Source of the DNA: Hemiscyllium ocellatum
Lineage: Eukaryota
NCBI RefSeq assembly: GCF_020745735.1
Contig: NC_083409.1
Span: forward strand, 19,736,341-19,800,340
DNA: 64,000 nucleotides
Direction: 5' to 3'
The notes below the pieces were generated by a model. That model worked only from the letters and a program-made list of their open reading frames with translations, did no database searches and was not told where the DNA came from. Every line of letters begins with the position of its first letter. Within the stretch, counting starts at the first letter, position 1. Shown here in pieces: positions 38,460 to 52,119 of this stretch. Position numbers and translations under genes: made by a program.

Positions 38460-41110
38460 TATGGAGATGTACAGCACGAAACTGACCCTTCAGTCCAACT
38501 CATCCATCCTGACCAGATACCCTAAATTAATCTAGTCCCATTTGCCAGCATGAGGCCCATGTCACTCTCAACCCTTCCTATACATATACCCATCCAGATG
38601 GCTTTTTAAATATTGTAATCATACCAGCCTCCACCACTCCCTCTGGCAGCTCATTCCAAAAATGCACCACCCTCTGCATGAAAACACTACACCTTAGGTC
38701 CCTTTTAAATCTTTCTTCTGTCACTTTCAATCTATGCCCTCTAGTTCTGGACTCCCCAACTCTGAAGAAAAGATCTACTCTATTCACCGTATCTATTCCC
38801 CTCAAGATTTTATAAACCACTGTGTGGTCACCCCTCAGCCTCCAACAATCCGGGGAAAATAGTCTCAGTCTATTCAGCTTCCTCCGATAGCTCAAACTCT
38901 ACAACTTTGGCAACACCCTTATAAAACTTTTCTGAAGCATTTTAAGGTTCACAATATTTTTCCTACAGCAGGGAAACCAGAATTACACACCATATTCCAA
39001 AAGTGACCTAACCAATGTCTGACACAACCACAACAGCTCCCAACTCCAATACTCAATGCACTGCCCAATAAAGGAAACCATTCCAAGTTACTTCGTCACT
39101 CCCCTACCTACCTGCAACTTCACTTTCAAGGAACTTTTTTTTGGTTGAAATGGGAGTCTTACAGTTGTGAAAGGTGCCATTCCATGGCACTGTTGGATGA
39201 AGAGCAGGCAGTTCCGTCTGGTGTCCTGGTCAATATTTATCCCCCAATAAAAATCACTAAAAATCTATTTCTCTGCTAATTATCATACTGTATTTGGGAT
39301 CTCACTGTGCAAAGTCTGCTGGAAAGAGCCATTGGGACATCCTGAGTTGGGGACAGGTGCTACACAAATGCAGGTCTTTCTTTAAGGTTAGAGTCTCCTG
39401 ATCCTGAACCTCTCCCATTGTCTGCGCACTCTCACCTTCCAGGAGGCATGTGGTCATTAGGAGCAGTGACCCTGCCTGACCCCGGGACACTGAGACTCTT
39501 TGCAGCTTCACCCTTGATCTCAGCCCAGTGGTGTGCAGCAAGGTTTGAAATGTATTCTGGAACATTCTACACAGACACCCCAATGTGACTCCTTCCTGAA
39601 ATGTTTGGATCCAAGTCTGCTGCAATGTTCTCGGATAAAGTTCTCCTCATCTGTGGGTAATCGGAGGTTTGTTGAAAAGGGATCGAGCTCCATCCCACTT
39701 TCCAGCTCTTGCTCCATAGCTCTGGAGGTTTCGCTGTTCTAAGTGAATATCCAGGTGTTTTATCAATGTGATGAGGGTTTCTGCCTCTCCCACCCTTTCA
39801 GACAGTGAGTCCCAGATCCCATCAGCCTCTGGGTGAAAACAATTACTCCTCAATTCCCCCCGAACCCTGTTCCCAATTCATTTCAATCTCTCCCCATGGT
39901 TATTGCCCTCTCTGCTGATGGAAATCAGTCTTTCCTACCAATTCTATCTCGGCCCTCATCATTTTACACGCCTGATCAAATCTCCCCTCAACCTTCTCTG
40001 TTCCAAAGAAAACAGTCCCAGCCAAACCAATCATTCCTCAAAGCTAAAACTCCCCATTCCTGACAAAATCCTCCACTGTCCCCATCACTAGGGGAATCAT
40101 ATCCTTCCTGTAATGTGGTGACCAGAACAGTACACTGTTCTCTCACTGCGCCCTAACTGGGGTTTTATACAGTTCCAGAATAAACAAATTTCTTGCTTAC
40201 ACTCTCAACCAAAAATGAGGTAAGGGAGGTGATGGTCTAATAGTATTATTGCTGAACTGTTAATCCAGAGATCCAGATAATATTCTGGAGACCCGGGTTC
40301 GAATCCTGCCATAGCAGATGGTGGAATTTGAATTCAATTAAAAAAATCTGGAATTAAGAATCTAATGATGACCATGAAACCATCGTTGATTGTCAGGAAA
40401 AAGCCATCTGATTTCCTAATGCCCTTTAGGGAAGGAAACTGTCATCTTTACCATGTGACACCAGACCCCCAGCAATGTGGTTGACTCTAAAATGCCCTCT
40501 GGAGATTAGGGATGGGCAATAAATGCTGCCGATCCAGCAATGCCCTCATTCCATCAAGGGAAAAAGTAAAACAGTTTATCCCATGTGTCTTCTGAACCAC
40601 CTCACTGACCTGCATTCATTAATCACCATGGCCACATCTTCCACCTCCACACACATCTGACTTCCAGCCTCAAGCTGACGAGAGATATTCCTTCATTATC
40701 TGAGAAATGGACAGAAATATTAAACACAGGAGCAGCAGTAGGCCATTCGGCCCCTCATGCCTGCTCCACCATTCAATATGATCATGGCCGATCATGCAAC
40801 ACTGTCCCCTGTTCCTGCTTGCTCCCCACATTCTTTGAACTCATTAATCTTAAGAACTGTATCTAATTCCTTCTTGAACACATACGGCATCTAATTCCCT
40901 CATGCTGGTAAATTGATGAGAAGTATTGAGTTGTTTTTTGACACAATGATCCGTTGGGCCTTTTGGGTCGCTCGGACTCTGACTCTATTATTATATATTA
41001 TGAATAACTGGGTACCAAGGACTGATCCCTGTGGTACCCCAACTGGGAAATATCTGCCATTCAGAAAAAGACTCATTCTTCCTGTCCTGTCTGCCAACCA
41101 GTTCTCAATC
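38460..41110 (-). mobile_element. Cluster of CR1 3' fragments (about 38460-39130, 39720-40170, 40710-41110)
   Basis: LRLFSPDCWRLRGD..VYKILRG and PVGVPQGSVLGTQLFIIY motifs, plus CR1 3' UTRs. Confidence 0.78.
40224..40560 (+). mobile_element. tRNA-derived SINE of a second family (possibly MetaSINE-type; family name from memory)
   Basis: B box GGTTCGAATCC at 40296-40306, core ctaatgccctttagggaaggaaa, and 3' tail gggatgggcaataaatgctg shared with the L2-like LINE. A partial copy lies at about 50450-50690. Confidence 0.7.
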
Positions 41111-41867
41111 CATGTCAGTACCTGACCCCCAATCCTCTGGATTTCTTTGATTTAGTTGGACATAGTTAATCCTGTCTTTGCCTTCCTCAGGTCCTGTTCA
41201 ATGTCACCCCTGCATTTCCAATCCTCCTCTGGGCTTTCTGCAGATAACTCCAGATAACCAACATCACCTTCCCTGTTTGGTCTTCCCTACTCTGGCTGCC
41301 TTTTGACATCCCAGGCTGAGAGTCTAGATTAGGGAGTCCCACCCTTACTCATTGTGGGAACAGATTCTGAACAATCTCTGTCTTTTCTTTTGAGGGATCC
41401 CACTGCCCTGACATTGATTTCACATCATGGCGTTGGTTCCAGTCCACTTTTACTCAATTATCGCACAGTTTAGTAAAATAATTCATTCCCAAATGAAAAC
41501 GTTAACACTTGCTGCATGGTTCTCCATTTCCATCCCTACTCTCAATCTCACTGAGTTCTGATCACTGTCACTAAACTGGTCCCCCATTGAGAGCCCTTGC
41601 AGCTGCCCACATTCATTTCTTAAACAAGAGTCCAAAACTGTTCCTTGTCTTTCCCCATCACCTTCTCGGGGCAATTAGGGATGAGAAATAAATGCTGGCC
41701 CTGCTCGTGACACTCACTCCCAAGAAACAATTTAAACAATACCAGTTTTTTTTTGTCGGGTTTGGTAGGTATTGGATACAAATGTTCAAACATTTTACCA
41801 GTGAATGTTCTGAGAGTTGAAGTTCCTTTAAATGGCAGGGATTAAAACTGTTTCTTTTGTCTTTCAG

Positions 41868-42196
41868 GCCGTGAGAACTCTCAGCCCAAGCTGACCCTGC
41901 TGTCCTCCTCCCCGGAGCAGGTCAATGCCAAGGGCACTGCCACCCTGGTGTGCCTTGCCAATCACTTCTATCCCGATGAGCTGGAGGTGCAGTGGAAGAA
42001 GGACGGTGCAGTCATTTCGGACGGGGTTCAGACCAGCAACTACCTGCGAGCTTCGGACAGCACCAACAGTGTCAGCAGCCTGCTGACCCTCTCTGGGTCT
42101 GACTGGGAGTCCAATGCTCACTTCTCCTGTGCCTTCACCCACGTGACCCTCCCCTCTCCCCTCAGCAAGAGCATCAGGAGATCAGAATGTGTATAG
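41868..42196 (+). CDS. IGKC: Ig light-chain constant exon, shark kappa (type III/NS4-like), open reading frame
   Basis: Acceptor ttttgtctttcag|GC CGT GAG, phase 1. RENSQPKLTLLSSSPEQVNAKGTATLVCLANHFYPDELEVQWKKDG...SDWESNAHFSCAFTHVTLPSPLSKSIRRSECV*. C1-set Cys/Trp/Cys and the penultimate inter-chain Cys are present; close to recalled nurse shark NS4 C. Confidence 0.93.
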
Positions 42197-43089
42197 AGTG
42201 TTTGAGACAGTCCGCAGAGGAGACACAACTTTAAACAGGGCTGAGCTGGCAGGACAAAGGTCATTGTCAGCACTAAATGTCAACGCTCCTCCTTCTCAGG
42301 ACTGGCCTAGGGGATACTTCTGAGGTTCAGGAGTTAAGGCAGTTCATTAGGACAGCGTAGACAGAGCTTTATCCTATGTAAAACCTCATGCTGTCCTTGT
42401 CCTGGGAGTGTTTGACGGGTCAGGGTTGACTTGTGATGCTAAGTAAAATCTCTTGAAGATGCTGAAAAGTGCCAGCTATACAAAACAATGTGAACCTCAG
42501 AAGTCTCTGCTTCAGATCTCCTTCCTGCTCAGCCACCAGTTCCAATTCGGGGTTTTTATCACTGTTTAAAGGGACAGGATTCTCATGTTAATGAGAAAAC
42601 CTCCACAAGTGTTTTCCTCAAGCTCCATTCTGGCTGTGAATTTGAGCAGCTTCCTCTGTCTGGGCTGTTAATTTTAGTGTTTATTCTCCCAAAGCCAATC
42701 AAATCAGATTAAAGTTGAAGAAGATTCAGTCTCTGTTTCTGTGTGCTTTGGAAATGGACCACTCCCTTCAGCTGTTTGGATGCATTTCAGCATAGCACTA
42801 TCACAATTAGCTGTTTGGTCTTTCAATCAGTAAGACTTTCGTTGTAGTATGGACTGACAGCTAACCATCAATCATTTTCAAATGATCCCTTTGATCTTGA
42901 AACTGTGGAGGTTACAAGTTTCCAAACAAAACAGAAACTGCAAGTTGTTGGGACTCAGTAATTACAATCTGAGGCATTCCCTCTTCACTCTTTTGATCCA
43001 GGTAGAGTTGCTGGGATAGTACTTTGCGCTCTCTGCTGCATGCTGGATAGTACCTGTAATGTTCTTAGGCCAGTCACTGAGAATGGAGG

Positions 43090-43640
43090 CTGTGTGTCTC
43101 TCTGAGTGTGAGTGTGAGTGTATAACATAATGCTGCCTGAGGTGTCACTGTGAGTGTGGGTGTGTTATTCAGAGACACCGACATGCAGCACTGAGTAACA
43201 TGTTCACCCTCAGAGAGACACCTCCAGGCAGCATGGACTGTGAGCATGTTACTCAGTGCTCAGAGAGTGTGGTGATGGAAAAGCATAGCAGGTCAGTCAA
43301 CATCCGAGGAGCAGGAGAATCAATGCCTTCATCAGGAAAATTCCTTCATCAGGATGTCTAAAGCATTGATTTTGCTGCTGCTCAGATGCTGCCTGACCTG
43401 CTGTGCTTTTCCAGTACCACACTCTCGACTCTAAGCTCCAGCATCTGCAGTCCTCACTTTTGCCTTGTTACTCAGTGCTGCCTGGCACTCTGAGTGTGTG
43501 TGTTACTCAGTGCTGCCTGGCACAGAGTGTGTGTGTTACTCAGTGTTGCCTGTAGATATCTCTCTGAGTGTGTATGTTATTCTGTACTGCCTGTCAGTAT
43601 CTCATTGAGTGTGAATGTGTTACTCTGTGCTGCCTGTAGG
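43090..43640. repeat. Degenerate minisatellite (gtgttactcagtgctgcctggca...) containing an inverted unit and a palindromic element (43263-43426)
   Basis: The unit recurs at about 43250, 43470, 43500, 43535 and 43620. 43185-43232 is in reverse orientation. Arms of about 64 bp (gagagtgtgg.../...ccacactctc) bound the insert. Confidence 0.72.
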
Positions 43641-44329
43641 CGTCTCTGAGGTATTTGTCTCTTGAGTGATGGATAGAGAATGGGCTTTGTGATGGGAATT
43701 GAAGATTTGGCTTTAATCGTCTCAAATCATGAATGAAAAACAGTTCAGTCTGAAATGGCACTTCAGTGAGATGGCCAAAGTTAAAAATCACACAACACCA
43801 GGTTATAGTCCAACAGGTTTCTTTGGAAGTACACGCTATCAGAGCTCCTTCATCAGGCAGCTAGGATCATAGTTGACAGAATTTCCAGTGAAGTTGATAT
43901 GGCAACTGAGAAAGGTGAATATTGAGAGTGTGTTCTCAGTAAGGGAGGGATTTCAGAGGCAGTGGGCACTGTGCTCCTTAATGTGTTGCCTGATTACAAG
44001 GGGATTTTTTGGATCCAGGGTCATTGCAGTTGTGTCTGCCTGCCCAGCCAGTGCTGACTACCCATAGTCATATTTCAATGGTCAGTTAGCTCTAAACTAG
44101 GTGCAGTAATATTACATTACAGAGAGGGGAGCTGTCTGAACGAGGGTGGTTGAATTCTTACAGCCCCAAGGGGGGTTGCAGTGGATTAATGAAGGGCTCT
44201 ACCAACATGAAGGTGCCACCTTCTCTCCCCCTGCCTCAGCTGTGGTGACCCTTGGATTAAACTCACCACCATTTGGCTCTGTCTGTAATGAGTGAGTGGG
44301 ACTACGCTCCTCTGGGATTAGATTAGATT

Positions 44330-45330
44330 AGATTACCTACAGTGTGGAAACAGGCCTTTCGGCCCAAACAATCCACACCGACCCTCCAAACAGTAACCCG
44401 ACCCATTTCCCTCTGACTAATGCACCTAACACTATGGGCAATTTAGCATGGCCAATTCACCTGATTTGCACATCTTTGGACTGTGGGAGGAAACCAGGGC
44501 ACCCGGAGGAAACCCAGGCAGACACAGGGAGAATGTGGAAACTCCACACAGACATTCACCCGAGGCTGGAATCGAACCTGGGAACCTGGCGCTGTGAGGC
44601 AGCAGTGCTAGCAGGGATGATGACCACGTTGCTGGGTGATGGAGGGAAGGTCAACCTCGCCCAAAGGCAGCACAAGCTGGATTGAAGGGGTATCAAGAGT
44701 AAGCATGAGGAGATTGAGGGTAACAGAAGGAGGGGGTTGGTTGGCAGGTTGTTATTCAGAGTCAGGTCCCAGAGTATCAGTCCTTCTGTCAGCCAAGGCT
44801 CCCTGATTGGACAAGGTTAAACCCCATCAGGGAACTCATATTTTATCAGAAAGAAAATAAACACTTATCGAACAAGGAGCGCAAGAGCTAAAGGACACTG
44901 AACAATATGAATGGTTTGAAAGATTCCTTTACAAACATCGCAAATGAGATTTGGGAAAGTAACTCTTTCACTCAGAGGGTGGTGGGAATCTGGAATGGAC
45001 TGTCATAGAATCCCTACAGTGTGGAAACAGGCCATTTGGTGCAACAAGTCCCGACCAATCCTCCGAAGAGAAATTCACCCGGGATCCACTCCCCTTGGCT
45101 ATTTCCCCTGACTAACACACCTAACTAACACATCCCTGAACACTATGGGCAATTTTAGAATGGCCAGTTCACCTAACCTGCACATCTTTGGATTGTGGGA
45201 GGAAACTGGAGCATACAGAGGAAAAACACACAGACACGGGGAGACTGTGCAACCTCCACACAGATACCCGGGGCTGGAATCGACCTGGGTCCCTAGTGCT
45301 GTGGGGCAGCAGTACTAACCACTGAGCCAC
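44330..45330 (-). mobile_element. Two HE1/V-SINE-type SINEs (about 44330-44610 and 45005-45330)
   Basis: Reverse complements of the SINE consensus seen at 45462; (TAATC)n-type tail at 44320-44335. Confidence 0.85.
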
Positions 45331-45461
45331 CATGCCACCCATAAAAAAGCCCAAAGAGTTGAGATTTCATTCAGCTCCAAGAGTCTGATGTGACACAAAC
45401 TATAAACTCTCAACCCTCTGTCAGGGAAGGTAGTGGAGGGTAGAGACTTTACAACCTTAGT

Positions 45462-45776
45462 GGGCGGCACGGTGGCACAGTGGTTAGCACTGCTGTCTCA
45501 CAGCGCCTGAGACCCGGGTTCAATTCCCGATTCAGGAGACTGACTGTGTGGAGTTTGCACATTCTCCCCGTGTCTGTGTGGGTTTCCTCCGGGTGCTCCG
45601 GTTTCCTCCCACAGTCCAAAGATGTGCTGGTCAGGTGAATTGGCCATGTTAAATTGCCCGTAGTGTTAGGTAGGGGTAAATGTAGGGGTATGGGTGGGTT
45701 GCGCTTCGGTGGGTCGGTGTGGACTTGTTGGGCCGAAGGGCCTGTTTCCACACTGTAAGTAATCTAATCTAATCTA
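45462..45776 (+). mobile_element. Young full-length HE1/V-SINE-type SINE
   Basis: A box TGGCACAGTGG, B box GGTTCAATTCC (45517-45527), and tail (TAATC)3-A9. Nearly identical over its 3' 200 bp to the copy at 18258-18460. Confidence 0.92.
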
Positions 45777-46539
45777 AAAAAAACCCCTTGAATATCATAA
45801 CATTCATGGATTTGGGACAACGGCAGGAAATTGGGATGAAAGTGCCTTCAGTTGTAATTATGTTCGTGCAGACTCAATGGGCCAAAATGCCTTTTCTATG
45901 CTGTATCTATGCTGAGAGGGCTGTGCAGGTTAATGGTGACTACTATCGAAGGTGTCGAAGGTGGCAAATACATGATCAAGGGTCAGAGGAAATGGTTCAA
46001 GCTTCAGTGAAGGCCCAAGTAGGAGCTTGGAAGGAGGGTCAAGACTAATGGAGGCAAGGCCAATGGAGACTAAGCGAGGGCACAGAGTGCTGGCTAGCAT
46101 CTCCAGGGGTTGTCGTGAGAAATATGGGGACAAGAGGGGAGTGTGTAGGGAGCGAGTACAGTTTCAGATGAAATGCGACCTGTGCCAGCAGCAGCATGAC
46201 TTTCAGCACCAGCGGGTGTCCCTGACTGTGTCAGGCTCACTGACTGCTCTCTGTGTGATTCCACACAGCCACTCGTCTGGTCAACACGCAAAGTCTAGCA
46301 CATGTTTATACTACTGGCTGCAGCACAGTCTGCACCCAGCATCTGCATCTTCTGTAGATGCCACTGTCTATACACACCGTCTGCACGCTCCGTTTACACC
46401 CCGTGTCCAAACCCACTGTCTACACCGCTGTCTGCACCCTCCATCCACACCTCCCATCTTTATGCTGTTGTCAGATTGTATCCAATGATTCCATTGAGCT
46501 TACTGCAACAGAAGCCTGAATTTTAGAACTGGCAATGAT

Positions 46540-48280
46540 TGTCCTCTCACCCTGACCTTCAAAGTCTGTCTTCCATAATGAGGTGATTAATATTAATTAC
46601 TGAATGCCATTTGATTTCTGTGATGGCAGGACTGATGTATAAAGAGAGGTTGAGTTGGTGAGGATTGTATTCATTGGAGTTTAGAAGAATGAAGGAAGGG
46701 AATCTTGTACAAAGGTATAAAATTGGAACAGGACGAGACACGTTAGATGGAGGAAGGATGTTCCAAATGGTGGGGAAGTCCAGAACCAGGCTCATAGTTT
46801 AAGGTTAAGGGGTAAACCCTATAGGATAGAGATGAGGAAAAATGTTTTTACCCAGAGAGTGGTGAGCCTGTGGAATTCGCTGTCACAGAAAGTTGTTGAG
46901 GCCAAAACATTCTGTTTTCAAGAAGGGGGTAGAGATAGCTCTTGTGGCTAAAGAATCAAGGGATATGGGGTAGGGAGGGATTACATTGTAGTGCTCGATG
47001 ATCAGCCATGACCATAGATAGATTCTTGATGACTGAAGGGATGAAACATTATCAGAGAATGTAGAGTTGAGGTTAAAATCAGATCAACCATAAGGGCCGA
47101 GTGGCCTACTTTTGTTCCTTGCCCATATGTTGCCTCATACACTTTCACACAATCGAAGACTGTCATTTGTATATTCTACCTGCAGATTAAACACCTTGTG
47201 CAATAGGCCTCATCTGTACAGTGTTTTCTACAGCCTTTCACCATGATATGTTTAAGATAATGGTCCCATAATCAATCCATTAACTTTGTAAGTTAGTTTA
47301 GTTAAAGCAATAAAACACATTACAATCATGAAGCAGACATTACAGCAAGCAAGAATGGACTGCACTGAGGCTCAGTTGTCAGCACTGCTGTCCCACAGCG
47401 CCAGGGACACAGGTTCGATTCCGGCCTCGGGCAACTGTCTGTTTGGAGTTTGCACATTCTCCCCGTGTGTCTCTGTGGGTTTCCTCTGGATGCTCCGGTT
47501 TCTTCCCACAGTCGAAAGATGTGCAGGTTCGGTGAATTGGTCCATGGTGTTCAGGGGTGTGTGGATTAGGTGCAGTAGTCAGGGAATATGTAGAGTAATG
47601 GGGTGGGGGAGTGGGATGGATGCTCTTTGGAGGGTCAGTGTGGAGGCCTATTTCCACACTGTAGGGATTCAGCGAATTGATCTTGGTCTGTGCAGCTTGC
47701 AGGCTGACAGATGACTAACTGGTGGGTAGAGTTCAACACTGTACATATACAGGGGTGGATTTTCTTAAAGGTAATGTGTGCACACAGCACACAGTTACTG
47801 AATATCAAGGCAAGATAGTTACATTCTCTCTTGTTGGAGACAGTCATTGCCTGGCAGCTGTGTGGCACAAATGTAACCTTATTCACGTTCCAAACCCACA
47901 TCTCTATCAGTAAAATGCTTTGGAACATCCTCTGGTGACAAAATGTGCAATACATTTGGGGTGGCACGATGGCTCAGTGGTTGGCACTGCTGCCTCACAG
48001 CGTCAGGGACCCGCCTCAGGCAGGTCTGTGCGGAGTTTGCACGTTCTCCCTATGTCTGCGTGGGCTTCCCCCGGGTGCTCTGGTTTCCTCCCACAGTCCA
48101 AAAGATCTGCAGGCTGGTAAACTGGCCATGCTAAATTGCCTATAGTGTCCAGAGATGAGCAGGCTAGGTGGATTAGCCATTGGAAAATACAGGGATAGCA
48201 TCGGGGTCTGGATGGAATGTTCTTTGGAGGGGTGGTGTGGACTCGATAGGCTGAATGGCCTACTTCCATACTATAGGGAT
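46540..48280 (+). mobile_element. CR1 3' fragment (about 46540-47120) and two SINEs (about 47365-47670 and 47958-48280)
   Basis: CR1 ...FTQRVVSLWNSL... motif; SINE heads and cores as above. Confidence 0.8.
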
Positions 48281-48829
48281 TCTGTGATACAAATGTAAGT
48301 TCCTTCTTTCCATTCTAGCCCTGAAGCAAGTGGTTCTGTCTCATATCCACTCAAGAGATGTCAACCCTTTGAAAACAGGAGCAGTCTCTATTCTTTTGGA
48401 AAGTACTTCTTCCACTCTGTGTCCTTCATAGCCTTGTAGACAGCAACAATGAGATCGGGAAATAACCCAAAACTATAATCTTCTGGACTCTTCATTAAAC
48501 TGTGGAACCTGAAAAGTACAATTAATGTCCAAGTCAATGAAGATATTTCTCAGCAATCCCTAAATGCTGAGTTTTAGTACTCAGCAGGCCCCAGGAGTCA
48601 AAATAACCAAGTAGATCATTGCTCTGAATTGCTCATAAATGTCACCTTCACATTTCTGGAGGCTTTGATGAAAAAGATTGCTTACTCCTCTCCAATATAC
48701 AGCTTAAAATCAGCTCCAACTCCCAACCATCCAGCTGAGAGCAGAGCCCTGTACAAACTGGAACCTGGTCAGTGGGAGCACTGTCACCTCTGTCTCAGAA
48801 GCTTTGTCTATTTAAACCAGTGTCTTAGT

Positions 48830-51800
48830 CAGAGAGTCATTCAGCACGGCAACAGACCCTTCGGTTCAACTCATCCATGCCAACCAGACATCCTAATCTA
48901 GTTCCATTTGCCATGATTTAGCCCATATCCCTCTAAACCCTTCCTATTCATGGAGCCATATAAATGATGCAATTGTACCAGCTTCCACCACTTCCCCTGG
49001 CAGCTCATTCCGTGCATGCACCATCCTCTGCATGAAAAGTTGCCCCTTAGTTCCCTTACAAATTCTTCCTCTATTACCTTAAACCTATATCCTCTAGTTT
49101 TGGACTGATATACCCTGGGAAAAAGACCTTGGATATTCACCTTATCGATGCCCCTCATGATTTTATAAACCTCCATAAGTTCACCCCTCAACCTCCAACG
49201 CTCCAGGAAAGTAGCCCCAATCGATTCAGCCTCTCCCTGTAGCTCAAACCCTCCAATCCCGACAACATCCTTGCAAATCTTTTGTTTGCCCCCTTTCAAG
49301 TTTAAAAACATTGTTCCTAGAGCAAGAAGACCAGAACTGAGCCCTGTATTCTCAAGGTGTCCTCACCAATGGCCACTTTGGTGGACAGCCAGAACATGAC
49401 ATCCCAACTCCTATACTCAATGTACAGACCAATCAAGGTGAGTGTACCCTGTTTACCCATGGCTTCACTTTCAAGGAACTGTGAGTCTGCACTCCAAGGT
49501 CTCTTTGCTCAGCAACACTCTCCAGGAATCTGCCCTGATTTGCCTTCCCAAAAAGCAATGCCTCACACTTATCTAAATTAAACTCCATCTCCCACTCCTT
49601 GTCCATTGGCCCATCTGAACACACATTGATCATACATTACAAACTGGAACATATGGAAGGCATTGGTGAGACACAACAGCAGTATTGTGTCCAATTGTGT
49701 TCTGCTTATTAGATTAGATTACTTACAGTATGGAAACAGGCCCCTCGACCCAACAAGTACACACTGACCCTCCCAAGAGCAACCCACCCAAACCCAATTC
49801 CTTCCACCTAACACCATTTGAGGAAGGATGTGGTGGGACTGGAGGCTGTTCAGAGGATTTTCCCCAGACTGATTCCAGGGATGAAAGGGTTGTCTTATGA
49901 GGAGCAGTTAAATAGATTGGGCTTGTACTCACCGGAGTTCAAAAGAACGAGGAAGGATCTGATTGAGGGATAGAAAATGTGAAAGGGGATTGATAGGGTG
50001 GATATTGAATAGATGCTCCCCCTTGCGGGACAATCTGGAACAAGAGGTCATCGATATAGAGTGAGAGGAGGTAGGTTCAAAACTGGGATGAGGTGAAACT
50101 ATTCTCCCAGAGGGTTGTGAATCTGTGAAACTCAATGCCTCAGAGTGCAGTGGAGGCAGAATCAATCAACAGGTTCAAGAAAGATATGTTTCTGATTAAA
50201 CGTGAGATAAAGAACAAAGGCAACAGGCAGGAGAGTGGAGTTGAGACCAGGATAAGATCAGCCACAGTCATGTTTAATGGCGGAGCGGGCTCAAAGGGCT
50301 GAATTGCCTCCTCCCGTTCCTAATTCCTATGTTGAGCACACAGTCAAGGCTGACACTGCAAAACTGAGGGAGCTGTTGTCTTTCAGGTGAGATACAAAAC
50401 AGAGGTCCTGCCACAATCTATCGAACTGTACTATCTCCCCCAGTGACAAATGCTGGAATTTGAATTCAAATCACAAAGCAAGTCTCATTCATGGGGACCA
50501 CGATAATGATCCCTGAATGCTGTCCAGCCTCAGCCTTACCCAGTCTGGACTTCATGTGACTCCAGCCCCACAGCAATCTGGTTAACTCTTAGGTGCCTTC
50601 TGAGAGGCCACAGCAAGGGCATCAGTTCAAGGGCAATTAGTCTTGGGTCACAAATGCTGATCTATGCCAGTGACACCCACCTCCCAGAAAACAGAATGCA
50701 ACAGAGATTGGTGTCAGCCAAAATTGTCAGATCAGACTCCCAATGAGATGGGGAGATGGTTAAAGATGTGTATTCAGCTCAGTATGGAACAGGTCCCCAC
50801 TTGTTAGCACATCGTCGCTGATAAAATAAGTGAGAGAAAACGGAAAACTAAAGGTGAGAACACTCAAATGTGGGAATATCAGTGAGAATTCAGGCAACTG
50901 AAGGAAGATATGAAGAACTGCAAAGGAAGACAAAAAGGAAGCACGAGTTACAAAGCAAGTGATGGAGAAAGAGACCTGCAAGGGGTCACAAGAATAACAC
51001 AAGTGCTTTACACGAAAATTAGAAAATCATGGGGGCTCCAGTGCAATGTGAGCCCATTAAAAACAAACTGGGAATTCCATGAATGAGACTAAGGGAATGA
51101 CCGATGTGAACAATAATTAGTTGTGTCAGTCTTCACGGTCAAGGAACAGGATAATGCAGCTTTCATTCCAGGGAGGTTAGTAATGAATGGAAGATTGGAA
51201 TTCACGAAACTTGATACTTGCCATGAAACAGCATTGGAGAGTGAGCAGCTCTAAAGGCTGACAGATCTCCAGGACCTCAGAGGTTTAAAGGAAGAGGGGA
51301 AAGAAGTTTCAGAGGCTTTTCCCATCAGATTCCGAAGCAGCAACGATTCCTTTAGTTTGGAAAATGTCTTGCTGTAACCCCACAGATTGAAGAAAGATGA
51401 GTGAGGGAACCAAGGAAATTATATCCTGGTCAATCTAACATCTCTTTAGGGGCTTCATAGGAATCTATAATTAACAGCCGAGAGAATGAGCATGTAGAGA
51501 ATTGGAAATAGCCCACATAGATTTGTGATGGGTAGGTTTTAACTAACAAACCGAATGCATTAAATAAAATAGGCTTATAGGATGAGGAGGGATCTTATTG
51601 AAATTTACTGAATACTGATAGGCCTGGAAAGAGTGAATGTGAAAAAGATGTTTCCAAAAACAGGAGAGACTCGGTAACTAAGGCACAGCCTCAGAATGAA
51701 GGGCCAACCCTTTCGAGCTGAGATGAGGAGGAATTTCTTCAGCCAGAGGGTGGTGAATCTGTGGAACTCATTGATACAGAGGACAGTGGAGGCCAAGCCA

Positions 51801-51960
51801 CTGAGTGTATTTAAGACAGAGATAGATAGGTTCGTGAGAGTTAAGGGGATCGAACGTTCCTGTGGAGTTGGCAGGAGAATGGGGTTGAGAAGCATATCTG
51901 CCAAGATCAAATGGCAGAGCAGATTCAATGGGCTGAATGGCTGATTTCTGCTCCTATTTC
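48830..51960. mobile_element. CR1 3' fragments in both orientations, with SINE pieces
   Basis: ERWRLRGELMEVYKIMRG (minus), RAEMRRNFFSQRVVNLWNSL (plus), and a SINE tail at about 49715-49820. Confidence 0.75.
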
Positions 51961-52119
51961 TTAAGGTCTTCTGGACAGTTTCCCCAAAACCCTGGAACAC
52001 TGAACCCACTGGACTGTGAGCCCTGCTGGAGCTGTTTTTCATCAGAACTTTGCCAAGAGATGACCAAAGGGTGAAGAGAGTGTGCATTTAGGTGGGAACT
52101 TAAGAATGCTTCCTAGCTC

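Noticed and set aside
45462-45535. tRNA-like A/B boxes (also at 7218, 34860, 40224, 47365, 47958)
   Set aside because: These are SINE heads continuing into SINE cores, not stand-alone tRNA genes.
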